64,000 nucleotides of DNA from Obrimoposthia wandeli. Lineage: Eukaryota. Under the pieces are notes generated by a model. It had not been told where the DNA came from. It saw only the letters and a program-made list of their open reading frames with translations, and did not search any database. Below, piece by piece: positions 52,338 to 61,754 of the stretch (position 1 is its first letter; each line of letters opens with the position of its first letter). Position numbers and translations under genes: made by a program. The stretch is from contig CDROCS010002357.1 of the NCBI GenBank assembly GCA_977020255.1, positions 1 to 64,000 on the forward strand, written 5' to 3'.

Positions 52338-53313
52338 GCTTAGCACCTCCATCAATCGTTAGACGCGGATCAACGTAAGCGTACATAATATCGACTAGCA
52401 AATTGATAGTGACGAAAATTAAAGAAATCATCATTAAGTACGCAGCCATAACGGGAACATCCACCTCTTCGATAGCTTGAATAAATAACATACCCATACC
52501 AGGCCACTGAAAAACAGTTTCTGTGATAATGGCAAAGGCCATCACTAAACCAAGCTGTAAACCAATAATAGTGATTACGGGGATTAATGTGTTTTTAAGT
52601 GCATGACCAAAATTAATGGAGCTCTCCTTTAAGCCTCTAGCTCTAGCAAACTTAATGTAGTCAGTACAAAGTACTTCAAGCATTTCTGTACGTACCAAAC
52701 GCATGATTAAAGTCATTTGAAAAAGAGCTAGTGTAATTGAAGGTAAAATAAGCGATTTAATACCAGACCAAGTGAGCAGTCCAGTTGTCCACCAACCTAT
52801 GGCAACAACATCGCCGCGGCCAAAGGTAGGTAACCAGCGCAAAATAACACCAAATAAAAATATAAATAGGATACCAATGAGGAAGGTGGGCAGAGATATT
52901 CCTACTAAAGAAACGGTCATAAAAGAGCGAGAGATAAAACCTTTGCGATTTATTGCCGTATAAACGCCCATCGGAATGCCAATGAAAATTGACAGCAGCG
53001 CGGAAATAATGGATAGCTCTAATGTTGCAGGAGCACGTTCGGCAATTAGATCGCTTACAGGTACTTTGTGGCGATAGCTAATACCAAAGTCGCCAACCGC
53101 AGCATTTTTCATAAAATTATAGAATTGTTGATGAAAAGGATCGTTGAGACCTAAGCTTTCACGTAACGCTTCACGCTCCTCAAGTGTAGTGTCTTGCCCA
53201 ACCATATTGTTAATAGGGTCACCGACAAATTTAAATAGCGAAAAAGCAATTAAAGCGACCGCGACAAGCACTACTATGCTTTGCAGTAACCTTTTTACTA
53301 GAAAAGAAAACAT
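52330..53313 (-). CDS. peptide ABC permease (DppB-like)
   Basis: GDFGISY, ATLEL, ARARGL, HALKN, ETVFQWPGMG. Confidence 0.92.
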   Translation of the reverse strand: MFSFLVKRLLQSIVVLVAVALIAFSLFKFVGDPINNMVGQDTTLEEREALRESLGLNDPFHQQFYNFMKNAAVGDFGISYRHKVPVSDLIAERAPATLELSIISALLSIFIGIPMGVYTAINRKGFISRSFMTVSLVGISLPTFLIGILFIFLFGVILRWLPTFGRGDVVAIGWWTTGLLTWSGIKSLILPSITLALFQMTLIMRLVRTEMLEVLCTDYIKFARARGLKESSINFGHALKNTLIPVITIIGLQLGLVMAFAIITETVFQWPGMGMLFIQAIEEVDVPVMAAYLMMISLIFVTINLLVDIMYAYVDPRLTIDGGAKHG

Positions 53314-53478
53314 GAAATTATCCCTTGTACAAAGCTTTGAAATTATTAAAAGATAAAGCGATATAGAGGCAAAGTGAAATTAATCATACTTTGCCTAGAA
53401 AAATAGAAATTAAGAAGTAATAGATAACTTGTGACTAAGTATCTCAGCCACAAGTTAATCTTTTGCAGTGCTTAGTGT

Positions 53479-55080
53479 TTACTTGTTTTTAGTAACATAA
53501 CGGAAATCAAAAGCATTATCGGCACGTTGGTTAATAGTGAATTTATCATTCACGCCCCAAGACAATGGCTGTTGATGTAGTGGTAAATAACCGACTTCAT
53601 CTTTAATGATTTTCATTGCTTCATCAATGTATGCTTGGCGTTTAGCAGGATCTGTTTCGACACCTACCATTTGCTGCAATTCATCTACGCGAGCATTACA
53701 GTAGTTACCTAAGTTGAACAAGCCAGCTTTAGTCTCTTTGTTTTGGCAAGATAAAAGGCCTTGTAAAACATTATGAACATCCATAGAGCCAGGCGTCCAA
53801 CCTAATAGATACATTGAAGTATCGTAATTGTTTTGCGCGAGCACTTTTCCAAAATACTTAGATTTAGGTTGAGCCAGAACCTTCATTTTAATGCCTACTT
53901 TAGCCATCATTGACGCTGCAGCTTGGCAAATTTTTTCATCATTTACATAACGATTGTTAGGGCAATCAATAGTGATTTCAAACCCATCAGGATAACCTGC
54001 TTCTGCTAAAAGCTTTTTACTCATCGCTGGATCGTATTTATATGGCGTGTTGTATTCAGCATTAAAACCATTAACTTGTGGGGCTATCATCAAACCTGTC
54101 GGCGTAGACGCACCGCGCATAATTTTCTTTTTGATCAGATCAAGATTTAAAGAATGAGCCATCGCTTTGCGAACTCTAATATCTTTTAACGGGTTTTTAC
54201 CTTTGATATTAGAATAAAGTAACTCATCTCTGGATTGATCCATACCTAAGAAAATTGTACGTGCTTCTGGCCCACGAATCGCAGTCACGCCATCTTCTTT
54301 ATCCAACCGTTTCCAATCTTGTACTGGAATTGGATACACCATATCTAATTCGCCAGATATAAGCGCAGCTGTTCTTGTTGCTGCTTGCTTTACCGGTGTG
54401 AATTCAATGTCAGTAATATTTCCAACAATGTTTTTATTCCAGTGATTTTGTGAACGTTTGAAAACAGTCTTTACATCAGGTTGGCGACTAACGACTTCAA
54501 ATGGACCTGTGCCGTTGGCATGCGTCAATGTATAACCATTTGCATCTTTATCTTTTACATTGGCTGCACTCGTTGCGCCATTTTCTTCTGACCATTCTTT
54601 ATCCATCATGAAAATCCAAGCCCATTCGCTTGGCATAAGAGGTTGTGGACCACTAGTGTGTACTTCTACTGTAAGGTCATCAATTCTTTTAATATCCTTG
54701 ACCATCGCCCCTCTTACTTTCTGGTCAGATCCTTCAGAGAGTGTGCGCTTCCAAGAGAAGATTACATCATCGGCATTAAAGCTATTCCCATTTTGGAATT
54801 TAACCCCTTCGCGAAGATGAAAAACAATCGTGGTTGGAGAAGTTACTTCCCAGCTTGTCGCTAAACCTGGGATAACCTTAATATCTTTATCTAGCATCGT
54901 TAAACCTTCGTACACGTTGCTTAAAAAGCCGAGTGTGAAGGTTTCGTTTAAACCGTGCGGATCGAGACTCTGTGCGTCTCCTTGAAAGGCAAACTTTAAT
55001 GTATTAGCAGAGGCCATGCTAGCACTTAATACGACACTGGCTGCGGCACTGCTAACTAATAGTTTTTTCATTATCGACAT
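53479..55080 (-). CDS. family-5 ABC substrate-binding protein
   Basis: Signal peptide; SLDPH, VYEGL, FHLREGVKF, GTGPF. Confidence 0.93.
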   Translation of the reverse strand: MSIMKKLLVSSAAASVVLSASMASANTLKFAFQGDAQSLDPHGLNETFTLGFLSNVYEGLTMLDKDIKVIPGLATSWEVTSPTTIVFHLREGVKFQNGNSFNADDVIFSWKRTLSEGSDQKVRGAMVKDIKRIDDLTVEVHTSGPQPLMPSEWAWIFMMDKEWSEENGATSAANVKDKDANGYTLTHANGTGPFEVVSRQPDVKTVFKRSQNHWNKNIVGNITDIEFTPVKQAATRTAALISGELDMVYPIPVQDWKRLDKEDGVTAIRGPEARTIFLGMDQSRDELLYSNIKGKNPLKDIRVRKAMAHSLNLDLIKKKIMRGASTPTGLMIAPQVNGFNAEYNTPYKYDPAMSKKLLAEAGYPDGFEITIDCPNNRYVNDEKICQAAASMMAKVGIKMKVLAQPKSKYFGKVLAQNNYDTSMYLLGWTPGSMDVHNVLQGLLSCQNKETKAGLFNLGNYCNARVDELQQMVGVETDPAKRQAYIDEAMKIIKDEVGYLPLHQQPLSWGVNDKFTINQRADNAFDFRYVTKNK

Positions 55081-55247
55081 AGATTACACCCTCTTAAATT
55101 TATTTTTTTTGTTATCATTAATTTTCTTTCTAAGGCCAAACATTGATCTTAGAGCTATTTTTATCTCAAAGATAAAAATAGTTTTGATTAATTTTGTAAT
55201 TAATCCTGAGCGCTCAAAATACTGTTGAGCATGTTGTAAATGTGAAT

Positions 55248-56399
55248 TTAAATCGAAGAGTGTACAATCAGCTTTTCAATGAAAATAGCACATTTTTCAA
55301 GTTGCGCTATTTCAACAAATTCATTGGGTCTGTGTGCTTGATCAATAGAGCCAGGACCGCAAACTATCGTAGAATAACCTGCCTTTTGGAATAAACCAGC
55401 TTCTGTTCCGTATGCAACTGCAATTGCTTCATCATTTGATGACCATTGAAGGGCTAGTTTTTCTGCTTCGCCATTTTCTTCAGGCGCTAATCCAGGAGCA
55501 GAAGCTTTATCCAAAACTTCAACTTTACATATGGGGTTTTGAGATTTCATTTGCTGCTCAATAATTAGGCTGTATTGTTTGTAATTATGAATGCAGGTAT
55601 CAGGATTGTCTTGGGGTACTGTGCGTAAATCGGTTGAGAATTCGCAGTATTTTGGAATAATATTACTGGCACTGCCGCCATGTAGAGTTCCAATATTGAG
55701 AGTGCTGAAATTAGGCTCTAAGCTGGTCAAATCCGTTTGCGGGTTTTCTCTAAAGTTATCCAGCTCATCGCTTAGGAAGGTAATGAGTTTGGCGGCGGCA
55801 AAGTTTGCACTTACACCTAAATTCAATTTACTTGAATGGGCTTCAACTCCGGTAATTTTAGTGACGATTGAATTAACACTTTTATGTAAATTAGCCACTT
55901 GCATTGATGTAGGTTCGCCTACAAAAACGGCGCTGACTGGCGGCAAATTTTTGACAATATCTTTAACTAAATCAACCGCGCCTACACAGCCTATTTCTTC
56001 ATCGTATGAAAAGCATAAATGGATAGGGCGCTTTAAATCAGCAGCCAGCATAGCGGGCACAGCTGCTAGGCAATTGGCTAAATAACCTTTCATATCGCAT
56101 GTGCCACGACCAAAATATTTACCATCTTTTTCAACCATATCAAATGGATCAGTATCCCAGTTTTGCCCATCAACAGGTACAACATCTGTATGGCCTGAAA
56201 GAATTATTCCTCCCGCTGTTTTTGGTCCAATCGTTGCATAGAGATTAGTTTTAGTATTTTCTGTATTAGGGACTAAGTGACTTTCTATTCCAAAGTCAGC
56301 GAGATAGCTTTGCACATACTGGATAAGGTCTAGGTTGGAATGGCGAGATACAGTATCAAAACTAATAAGCTTTGCTAAAATTTGTTTAAGTTGTGTCAT
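55248..56399 (-). CDS. argE: acetylornithine deacetylase-like M20 peptidase
   Basis: SGHTDVVP, GRGTCDMKG, YDEEIGC, GEPT, YGTEAG, GPGSIDQAHRPNE. Confidence 0.85.
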   Translation of the reverse strand: MTQLKQILAKLISFDTVSRHSNLDLIQYVQSYLADFGIESHLVPNTENTKTNLYATIGPKTAGGIILSGHTDVVPVDGQNWDTDPFDMVEKDGKYFGRGTCDMKGYLANCLAAVPAMLAADLKRPIHLCFSYDEEIGCVGAVDLVKDIVKNLPPVSAVFVGEPTSMQVANLHKSVNSIVTKITGVEAHSSKLNLGVSANFAAAKLITFLSDELDNFRENPQTDLTSLEPNFSTLNIGTLHGGSASNIIPKYCEFSTDLRTVPQDNPDTCIHNYKQYSLIIEQQMKSQNPICKVEVLDKASAPGLAPEENGEAEKLALQWSSNDEAIAVAYGTEAGLFQKAGYSTIVCGPGSIDQAHRPNEFVEIAQLEKCAIFIEKLIVHSSI

Positions 56400-56990
56400 T
56401 TAAAGTAATCCTGAATTGATACAGTATTAACATGAAGTTGAATAGAAAAGATCTAATGTAATCTATTTAGCATTCACTGCAAAAGTAATGAAACAAGATT
56501 GTATAATTATAGTGCTTAAAAAATAATCAAGTGACCGCTAAAAATATTGATTAATTCACTATTTCCTAACCTGAAGTTAATGGCTTAAAGCCAGACTCAC
56601 AAAAAACAGAGTTTAGAGTGACTGGTTAAATAACCCGAAAATCAGCTTATACCAGCGTAAAAAAGCTATTTTAAGTCACCCTGTCAAAAAAAAATTCTGT
56701 TCTTTTAGCTTTATCTAAATGTACTACAGGTTTTTTTTAATACTTGTTTCTGTTAGTAGTGAGTAATAAAACACTAATTTATTAGTGATACAAGTAAAAC
56801 TAAAGTATTTTAAGTAAAAAGTATTATTGGATTAATAAAACTTAATTCGTAGGCTGTTGCTTAGAAAGCTTTTTTTTGAGGTGAGGTAGCAGCAGCTATA
56901 GAGGAAACAGTAAACTGCTTAATAATAGTGTAGGTATAAACCTTTAAACGTACACAAACCAGAGTGGTATTTGCAGGGTAGAGAGATTTA

Positions 56991-57021
56991 TTTTAAACCA
57001 CTCTATATGTGTGGTTTAAAA
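56991..57021 (-). terminator. hairpin downstream of panC
   Basis: 11-bp stem TTTTAAACCAC / GTGGTTTAAAA. Confidence 0.6.
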
Positions 57022-57107
57022 GGTAGCGAGCAGATGTTATAGCTTGGTAAATCGAAGTGGACCGGTATTGCTGGATTTAAGTTGTGGGAACGATAATAAC
57101 TTTGAGA

Positions 57108-57956
57108 TTATAGATCTACCACAATATTATCGATCAATCTGGCAGCTCCCATGAAGGCTGCTGCTAATATAACCAATTTTTTATCACCAGGTTGGGCTAG
57201 CATCAGTGTATTGGCGTTGGCTATAACAAAATAATCTCTTTTAAAATCAGCTTCTTCTAATCGTTTTTGAGCTTTTTCGCAAAGTAACGGAAAGTCACTA
57301 GAGCCTTGTTGTAAATAAGATTTTGTCATTTGCAGTGTCTCGTATAAAGCTACGGCTTTAGACCGTTCTTCATCGGTGAGGTAGCCGTTTCTAGAGCTCA
57401 ATGCTAAACCTTGATCATTACGCTCAGTTGCAGAGCCTATCACCTTTACATTAATCGATAAATCTTGAGTCATTTGGCGGATAATGTGCAGTTGCTGGTA
57501 ATCTTTCTCCCCGAAAACGGCTATATCCGGCTGAATCATCGCGTAAAGTTTACAAACAACGGTTGCTACACCTTGAAAGTGACCAGGTCGACTTGAACCA
57601 CAATACAAATTAGAAGTAGCAGGTACCTCTACAATGGTTTGGTTATCTCTACCATGTGGATAAACTTCAGTATCGGTAGGGGCGAATAGTAAATGGCATC
57701 CCGCAAGATCTAATTCGCGTTTGTCTGCTTCTAATGTTTTTGGATACTTCTCTAGATCTTCGCCAGTGCCAAATTGTAGAGGATTAACAAAAATAGTGGC
57801 TATAACAATATCGGCGAGTTCTTTAGCGCGATGAATAAGTGCTATGTGACCTTCATGTAGATTACCCATAGTAGCGACCATGGCAATAGTCTGGTCTTGT
57901 TTTCTATGTCGTTGAAGTTGGTTGCGAAGTTCAGCTAGTTTATTAATTGTTTGCAT
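57108..57956 (-). CDS. panC: pantoate-beta-alanine ligase
   Basis: TMGNLHEGH, FVNPLQF, RPGHFQGV, FGEKDYQQ, LALSSRN. Confidence 0.97.
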   Translation of the reverse strand: MQTINKLAELRNQLQRHRKQDQTIAMVATMGNLHEGHIALIHRAKELADIVIATIFVNPLQFGTGEDLEKYPKTLEADKRELDLAGCHLLFAPTDTEVYPHGRDNQTIVEVPATSNLYCGSSRPGHFQGVATVVCKLYAMIQPDIAVFGEKDYQQLHIIRQMTQDLSINVKVIGSATERNDQGLALSSRNGYLTDEERSKAVALYETLQMTKSYLQQGSSDFPLLCEKAQKRLEEADFKRDYFVIANANTLMLAQPGDKKLVILAAAFMGAARLIDNIVVDL

Positions 57957-57985
57957 TGATAGGTCCTAACAAATGATCGTTCAAG

Positions 57986-58780
57986 TTATTTAAAGCAGTG
58001 CTCGTCAGTGGGGAAACTGCCATTTTTAACTTCTTCCACATATGTACTAATAGCGGTTGGAATATCTTTTGCATTTGCCATATAGTTTTTAACAAAGCGT
58101 GCTTTTTTCCCGCTGGGAATATTTAGCATATCTTGTAATACGAGCACTTGAGCGTCAGTGGCAGGGCCAGCGCCTATACCAATCACCGGTATACTAACGG
58201 CTTTTGTAATACGTTCTGCTAAGTCTGTAGGTACACATTCTAATAATAATATACTGGCGCCTGCTTTCTCTAGTAACAATGAATCATTTAACAGTTTTTC
58301 ACTGCTGTGATCATCACGCCCCTGAACTTTATAGCCCCCAAATTTGTTGACAGCTTGTGGTGTTAAACCTAAGTGCACACAGCTTGGGATGCCTCTTTCA
58401 TCTAGCATAGCAATACTTTGCTCTAACCAAGCCCCGCCTTCTAGCTTGACCATGTTAGCGCCAGCTTGCATTAGTGCAGCACAGTTGCGCATAGTTTGCT
58501 CTGGCGTTGCGTAACTCATAAAAGGAAGATCGACAATTATAAGTGCGTTGATGTTACCTGCAACAACACATTTTGTATGGTATATCATGTCCGTCATGCT
58601 AACAGGCAGCGTACTATCATTGCCTTGTAAGACCATGCCAAGAGAGTCGCCTACTAAAATGGCTTCCACTCCAGATTGAGAGATCACATTTGCAAAAGTT
58701 GCATCGTAAGCTGTTAATACCGCGAACTTTTCCCCGGTCTTTTTATAAGCATTGAGAGTGTTTAAAGTGACTTTGCTCAT
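57986..58780 (-). CDS. panB: 3-methyl-2-oxobutanoate hydroxymethyltransferase
   Basis: LTAYDA, LVGDSLG, VKLEGG, HLGLTPQ, IGIGAG. Confidence 0.97.
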   Translation of the reverse strand: MSKVTLNTLNAYKKTGEKFAVLTAYDATFANVISQSGVEAILVGDSLGMVLQGNDSTLPVSMTDMIYHTKCVVAGNINALIIVDLPFMSYATPEQTMRNCAALMQAGANMVKLEGGAWLEQSIAMLDERGIPSCVHLGLTPQAVNKFGGYKVQGRDDHSSEKLLNDSLLLEKAGASILLLECVPTDLAERITKAVSIPVIGIGAGPATDAQVLVLQDMLNIPSGKKARFVKNYMANAKDIPTAISTYVEEVKNGSFPTDEHCFK

Positions 58781-58803
58781 TGGGTTCGTCCTTTTGTATT
58801 AAT

Positions 58804-59310
58804 TTATTTTAAATCAAGTTTTTGTAGAGTACCTGCGGGGCAATGCTGAAGAAGATATGTAATGGTTTTACCTTGAATTGAAAGGTTATTATTCAGCTCT
58901 GCAAGGGGGACTAAAACAAAATTTCTATCAGTCATACTGGCATGGGGGATCGTCAATCTTATTGTATCTATTATTGATTCTCCAAATAGTAGTATGTCTA
59001 AATCTAACGTCCTTGCCCCCCAGCGCTCTATTCGAACTCGCTGGTGAGTATTTTCGACGTGTTGCAATTGATCAAGTAATTGTTCAGAGCTTAAGGTAGT
59101 CTTTAAACAAACCACTGCATTGATATAATCATCTTGCCCAGGAGGTCCCACAGGTGCTGATTGGTAGATAGAGGAAGCCTCAACGAATTGGCAATCGTTG
59201 AGGCTTTTTATTTCTTGGATAGCATTTTGAACATGGCTAATTGGATTGTCTAAATTACTACCCAAGCCTATGTAACAAGTGACTTCATTATTATTTGTTT
59301 CTAGGGTCAT
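58804..59310 (-). CDS. folK: 2-amino-4-hydroxy-6-hydroxymethyldihydropteridine diphosphokinase
   Basis: YIGLGSNL, DYINAV, RWGARTLDLDILL, IPH; overlaps the end of pcnB. Confidence 0.95.
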   Translation of the reverse strand: MTLETNNNEVTCYIGLGSNLDNPISHVQNAIQEIKSLNDCQFVEASSIYQSAPVGPPGQDDYINAVVCLKTTLSSEQLLDQLQHVENTHQRVRIERWGARTLDLDILLFGESIIDTIRLTIPHASMTDRNFVLVPLAELNNNLSIQGKTITYLLQHCPAGTLQKLDLK

Positions 59311-61249
59311 TTTTAGCGCGGCCACGACGAGGTTTTCTAATTGAGGTTTGTGGGTGTTCTATAACGCTGTCTTGAGGTGCTTTTAACATATCAGATGTAG
59401 CTAAATCAACTTTCTGCTCTTGTTGCGTTTCAGTAGTTGAATTACTTGTTTGCTGAGCTGCTTGTTGGAGAGAGCTCTCTTGCGTTAAAGAACTTTCTTC
59501 ATGACTCTTTGAAACTTGAGGAATACTTTCTGATTTATGTGCAGGCAGTTGCTGATTAGCGATAGCCTCTGATCTAGCTTTATTCGTTGGCTCTTTTAAT
59601 TGAGTAGGAGCTTTTTTAACTCTTGGCTTTCTAGCTTTTTTTTCTGCTGATTCCAGAATTTTAGTATCAGTGTTTTCAGATAGTATATCTTTGCTTGGTG
59701 CATTCTCTGTTGATGTTTTAGCACGAGGTTTTGCTTTCACCTGTTCAACCACATCGAACTTCTCGAAAACAGCTTTTTCTGTGATTTTTTTAGGTGCAGG
59801 TTTTTTCTTTTTAGCTGCTGCCTTTTGGTTGTTTAATTCGTTGCAAAGTTGCTCTCTTTGAGTTTCGCTAGCCGATTGGTAATCTGTCCACCAAGTGCTG
59901 ATCCCCCCCAGGTCTTCGCCGCTTTTCTCTCTTAGAACTAATAAGTCATAAGCAGCTCTAAATCTAGGGTGTTCAACTAATTGATCGGCTTTGGTACAAG
60001 GACGACGAGTTAAGCGAAATTGTAACTCCCATATCTCTCTAATGTTGGTAGAAAAGCGTTTAGGAATAGAAGTGCGTTTAACTTGTTCTAAAATAACTTT
60101 AGAAGCTACTTCATGCAGAGCTGTTAAAGGAGGAATTCTCTTGTTGGCTAACACTCTATCTAGTTGTTCTTGAACAGTGGGCCATAAAAGTACTGCATAT
60201 AAGAAACCAGGGCTAACGCTTTTGCGCTGCTTTATTCTTCTATCTGTGTTTTTAAGTACATTAAGTATTAATTCATTAGCATTTTTAGTATTTAAGTCTA
60301 AAGCTTGTGCTGTCTGCGGCAAAATAGTTTCAAGTAATTTGTATTCACGCAATAGTTTTAGAGATTCATTGCCATGTCCTGATTGTAAAAGCTTTAATAC
60401 TTCATCAAATAAACGTGCCGGTGCTATATCATAAAGCAAGGTACAAAGCTCTTTGATAGGCTTCGCTGTTTGTTCTTCTATGGAAAAATCAAGTTTAGCG
60501 GCAAAGCGGACGGCTCTTAGCATTCGTACAGGGTCTTCTCTGTATCGCTCGTTAGGTTCACCTATCATACGAATTTGACGTGCACTGATATCTTCATAGC
60601 CATTGGTGAAATCATAAATACAGTGGCTTGCAACATCATAGTAAAGCGCATTTATTGTAAAATCCCTACGCAGAGCATCTTGATCTATAGTGCCATAAAC
60701 GTTATCACGCAATATCATGCCTGAATCAGCTTGTTTGGCGCTATGCTCAGAAGAATCATTATCTTGAGGGTGGTTGTCGTGCGAAGCTCTAAAGGTTGCT
60801 ACTTCTATAAGTTCTCTGCCAAAGCGTACGTGAAGTAATTTAAAGCGGCGGCCAATTAAACGTGAACGATTAAATACTTTATGCGCTTGTTCAGGGTGAG
60901 CGCCGGTCGTGACATCAAAATCTTTTGGACGCTTATTTAGTAATAAATCGCGCACACATCCGCCAACTAAATATGATTCGTAGTTAGCGCGATGTAAATC
61001 TTTTACAATTTTAACCGCATTTTTTTCGATATCACGAAAATTGATTTGATGAATCGATTCTGTAATGACAGTTGCATTAATTGATTTTGCCCTGGCGTTA
61101 TCGATGTAAGGGTTTTCAACTAACAAATTTTTCAGTGTTTTTGCTGGCGTCTTTTGATTAGCCTGAATAGGTTTTGGATTGGATTTATTATTATCCAAAT
61201 TATCAGGCTTTGAAAATAACTTTTTAATATTTTTGAAAAAATTAGGCAT
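59291..61249 (-). CDS. pcnB: poly(A) polymerase I with a long low-complexity C-terminal tail
   Basis: GGCVRDLLL, KDFDVTT, PAP signature LIGRRF, RRDFTINAL, EDPVRMLRA; pcnB-folK-panB-panC order. Confidence 0.95.
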   Translation of the reverse strand: MPNFFKNIKKLFSKPDNLDNNKSNPKPIQANQKTPAKTLKNLLVENPYIDNARAKSINATVITESIHQINFRDIEKNAVKIVKDLHRANYESYLVGGCVRDLLLNKRPKDFDVTTGAHPEQAHKVFNRSRLIGRRFKLLHVRFGRELIEVATFRASHDNHPQDNDSSEHSAKQADSGMILRDNVYGTIDQDALRRDFTINALYYDVASHCIYDFTNGYEDISARQIRMIGEPNERYREDPVRMLRAVRFAAKLDFSIEEQTAKPIKELCTLLYDIAPARLFDEVLKLLQSGHGNESLKLLREYKLLETILPQTAQALDLNTKNANELILNVLKNTDRRIKQRKSVSPGFLYAVLLWPTVQEQLDRVLANKRIPPLTALHEVASKVILEQVKRTSIPKRFSTNIREIWELQFRLTRRPCTKADQLVEHPRFRAAYDLLVLREKSGEDLGGISTWWTDYQSASETQREQLCNELNNQKAAAKKKKPAPKKITEKAVFEKFDVVEQVKAKPRAKTSTENAPSKDILSENTDTKILESAEKKARKPRVKKAPTQLKEPTNKARSEAIANQQLPAHKSESIPQVSKSHEESSLTQESSLQQAAQQTSNSTTETQQEQKVDLATSDMLKAPQDSVIEHPQTSIRKPRRGRAKNDPRNK

Positions 61250-61379
61250 TTTGTGTTTGTCAGATCAATGAATGTGATTTTGGGAGTGCATGATAACATT
61301 GATGAACAATAAGCATAAGGAAATTTTTATGAAGATAAAGATAAGATCAATGTAACATGATTTAAGGCGGCAGTAAGTT

Positions 61380-61592
61380 GTAAAAATCCTAAGAAGTTAG
61401 ATCTAATAGGACTTTAAATAAAAGTCCTAGCTGTAAGAGTAGTAGGGCAACGTCTTTGTTTTTATTATTATAGTTGCCTGAAGGAATGCTTTATTAGTCT
61501 TGTAATTATTTTTATTTTAAGACACTTGTATTTGCTATAAACCAATTTTTATTTTTATAAATGGTAAGTTAGCAGTGTTTATTATTTTTATA
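61380..61592 (-). ncRNA. candidate CrcZ-like Hfq/Crc-sequestering sRNA (boundaries approximate)
   Basis: Between cbrB and pcnB; downstream of a sigma54 promoter; four AANAANAA motifs; 3' hairpin at 61407-61429; no ORF. Confidence 0.7.
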
Positions 61593-61603
61593 TTCTAACT
61601 AGA

Positions 61604-61618
61604 GCATAACTTGTGCCA
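61604..61618 (-). promoter_or_regulatory. sigma54 (-24/-12) promoter
   Basis: Minus strand TGGCACAAGTTATGC: GG-N10-GC with TGGCAC at -24. Confidence 0.8.
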
Positions 61619-61679
61619 TATAAGTTAAGCTATTGTTATATAAAAAATTATTTTTATTTAATTTAAAGTTAATTCAAAG

Positions 61680-61754
61680 TGTTACCAATAGGCGTGCAAA
61701 AGTGTTACTTAAAGTATTGTTACTATTTTGAATAACAATACTTTAAGTAACACT
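61680..61754. promoter_or_regulatory. CbrB-type upstream activator sequences (TGTTAC/GTAACA) within a 22-bp perfect inverted repeat
   Basis: TGTTAC at 61680, 61703 and 61718; GTAACA at 61747; arms 61701-61722 and 61733-61754; about 90-160 bp upstream of the predicted start. Confidence 0.7.

Noticed and set aside
56400-57107. 700-bp AT-rich gap between argE and panC as a hidden RNA or element
   Set aside because: Only a terminator-like hairpin and a short palindrome are visible; no riboswitch, tRNA or repeat signature.
1149-60434. Numerous 60-190 aa ORFs antisense or out-of-frame within real genes (e.g. 2305-2715, 7491-7976, 12985-13383, 29160-29732, 50962-51414, 55591-56085)
   Set aside because: Shadow ORFs of well-supported genes, with no recognisable motifs or RBS.
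61701-61754. 22-bp inverted repeat as a CRISPR repeat or transposon end
   Set aside because: Single occurrence with no spacers, cas genes or TSD; explained better as an enhancer.
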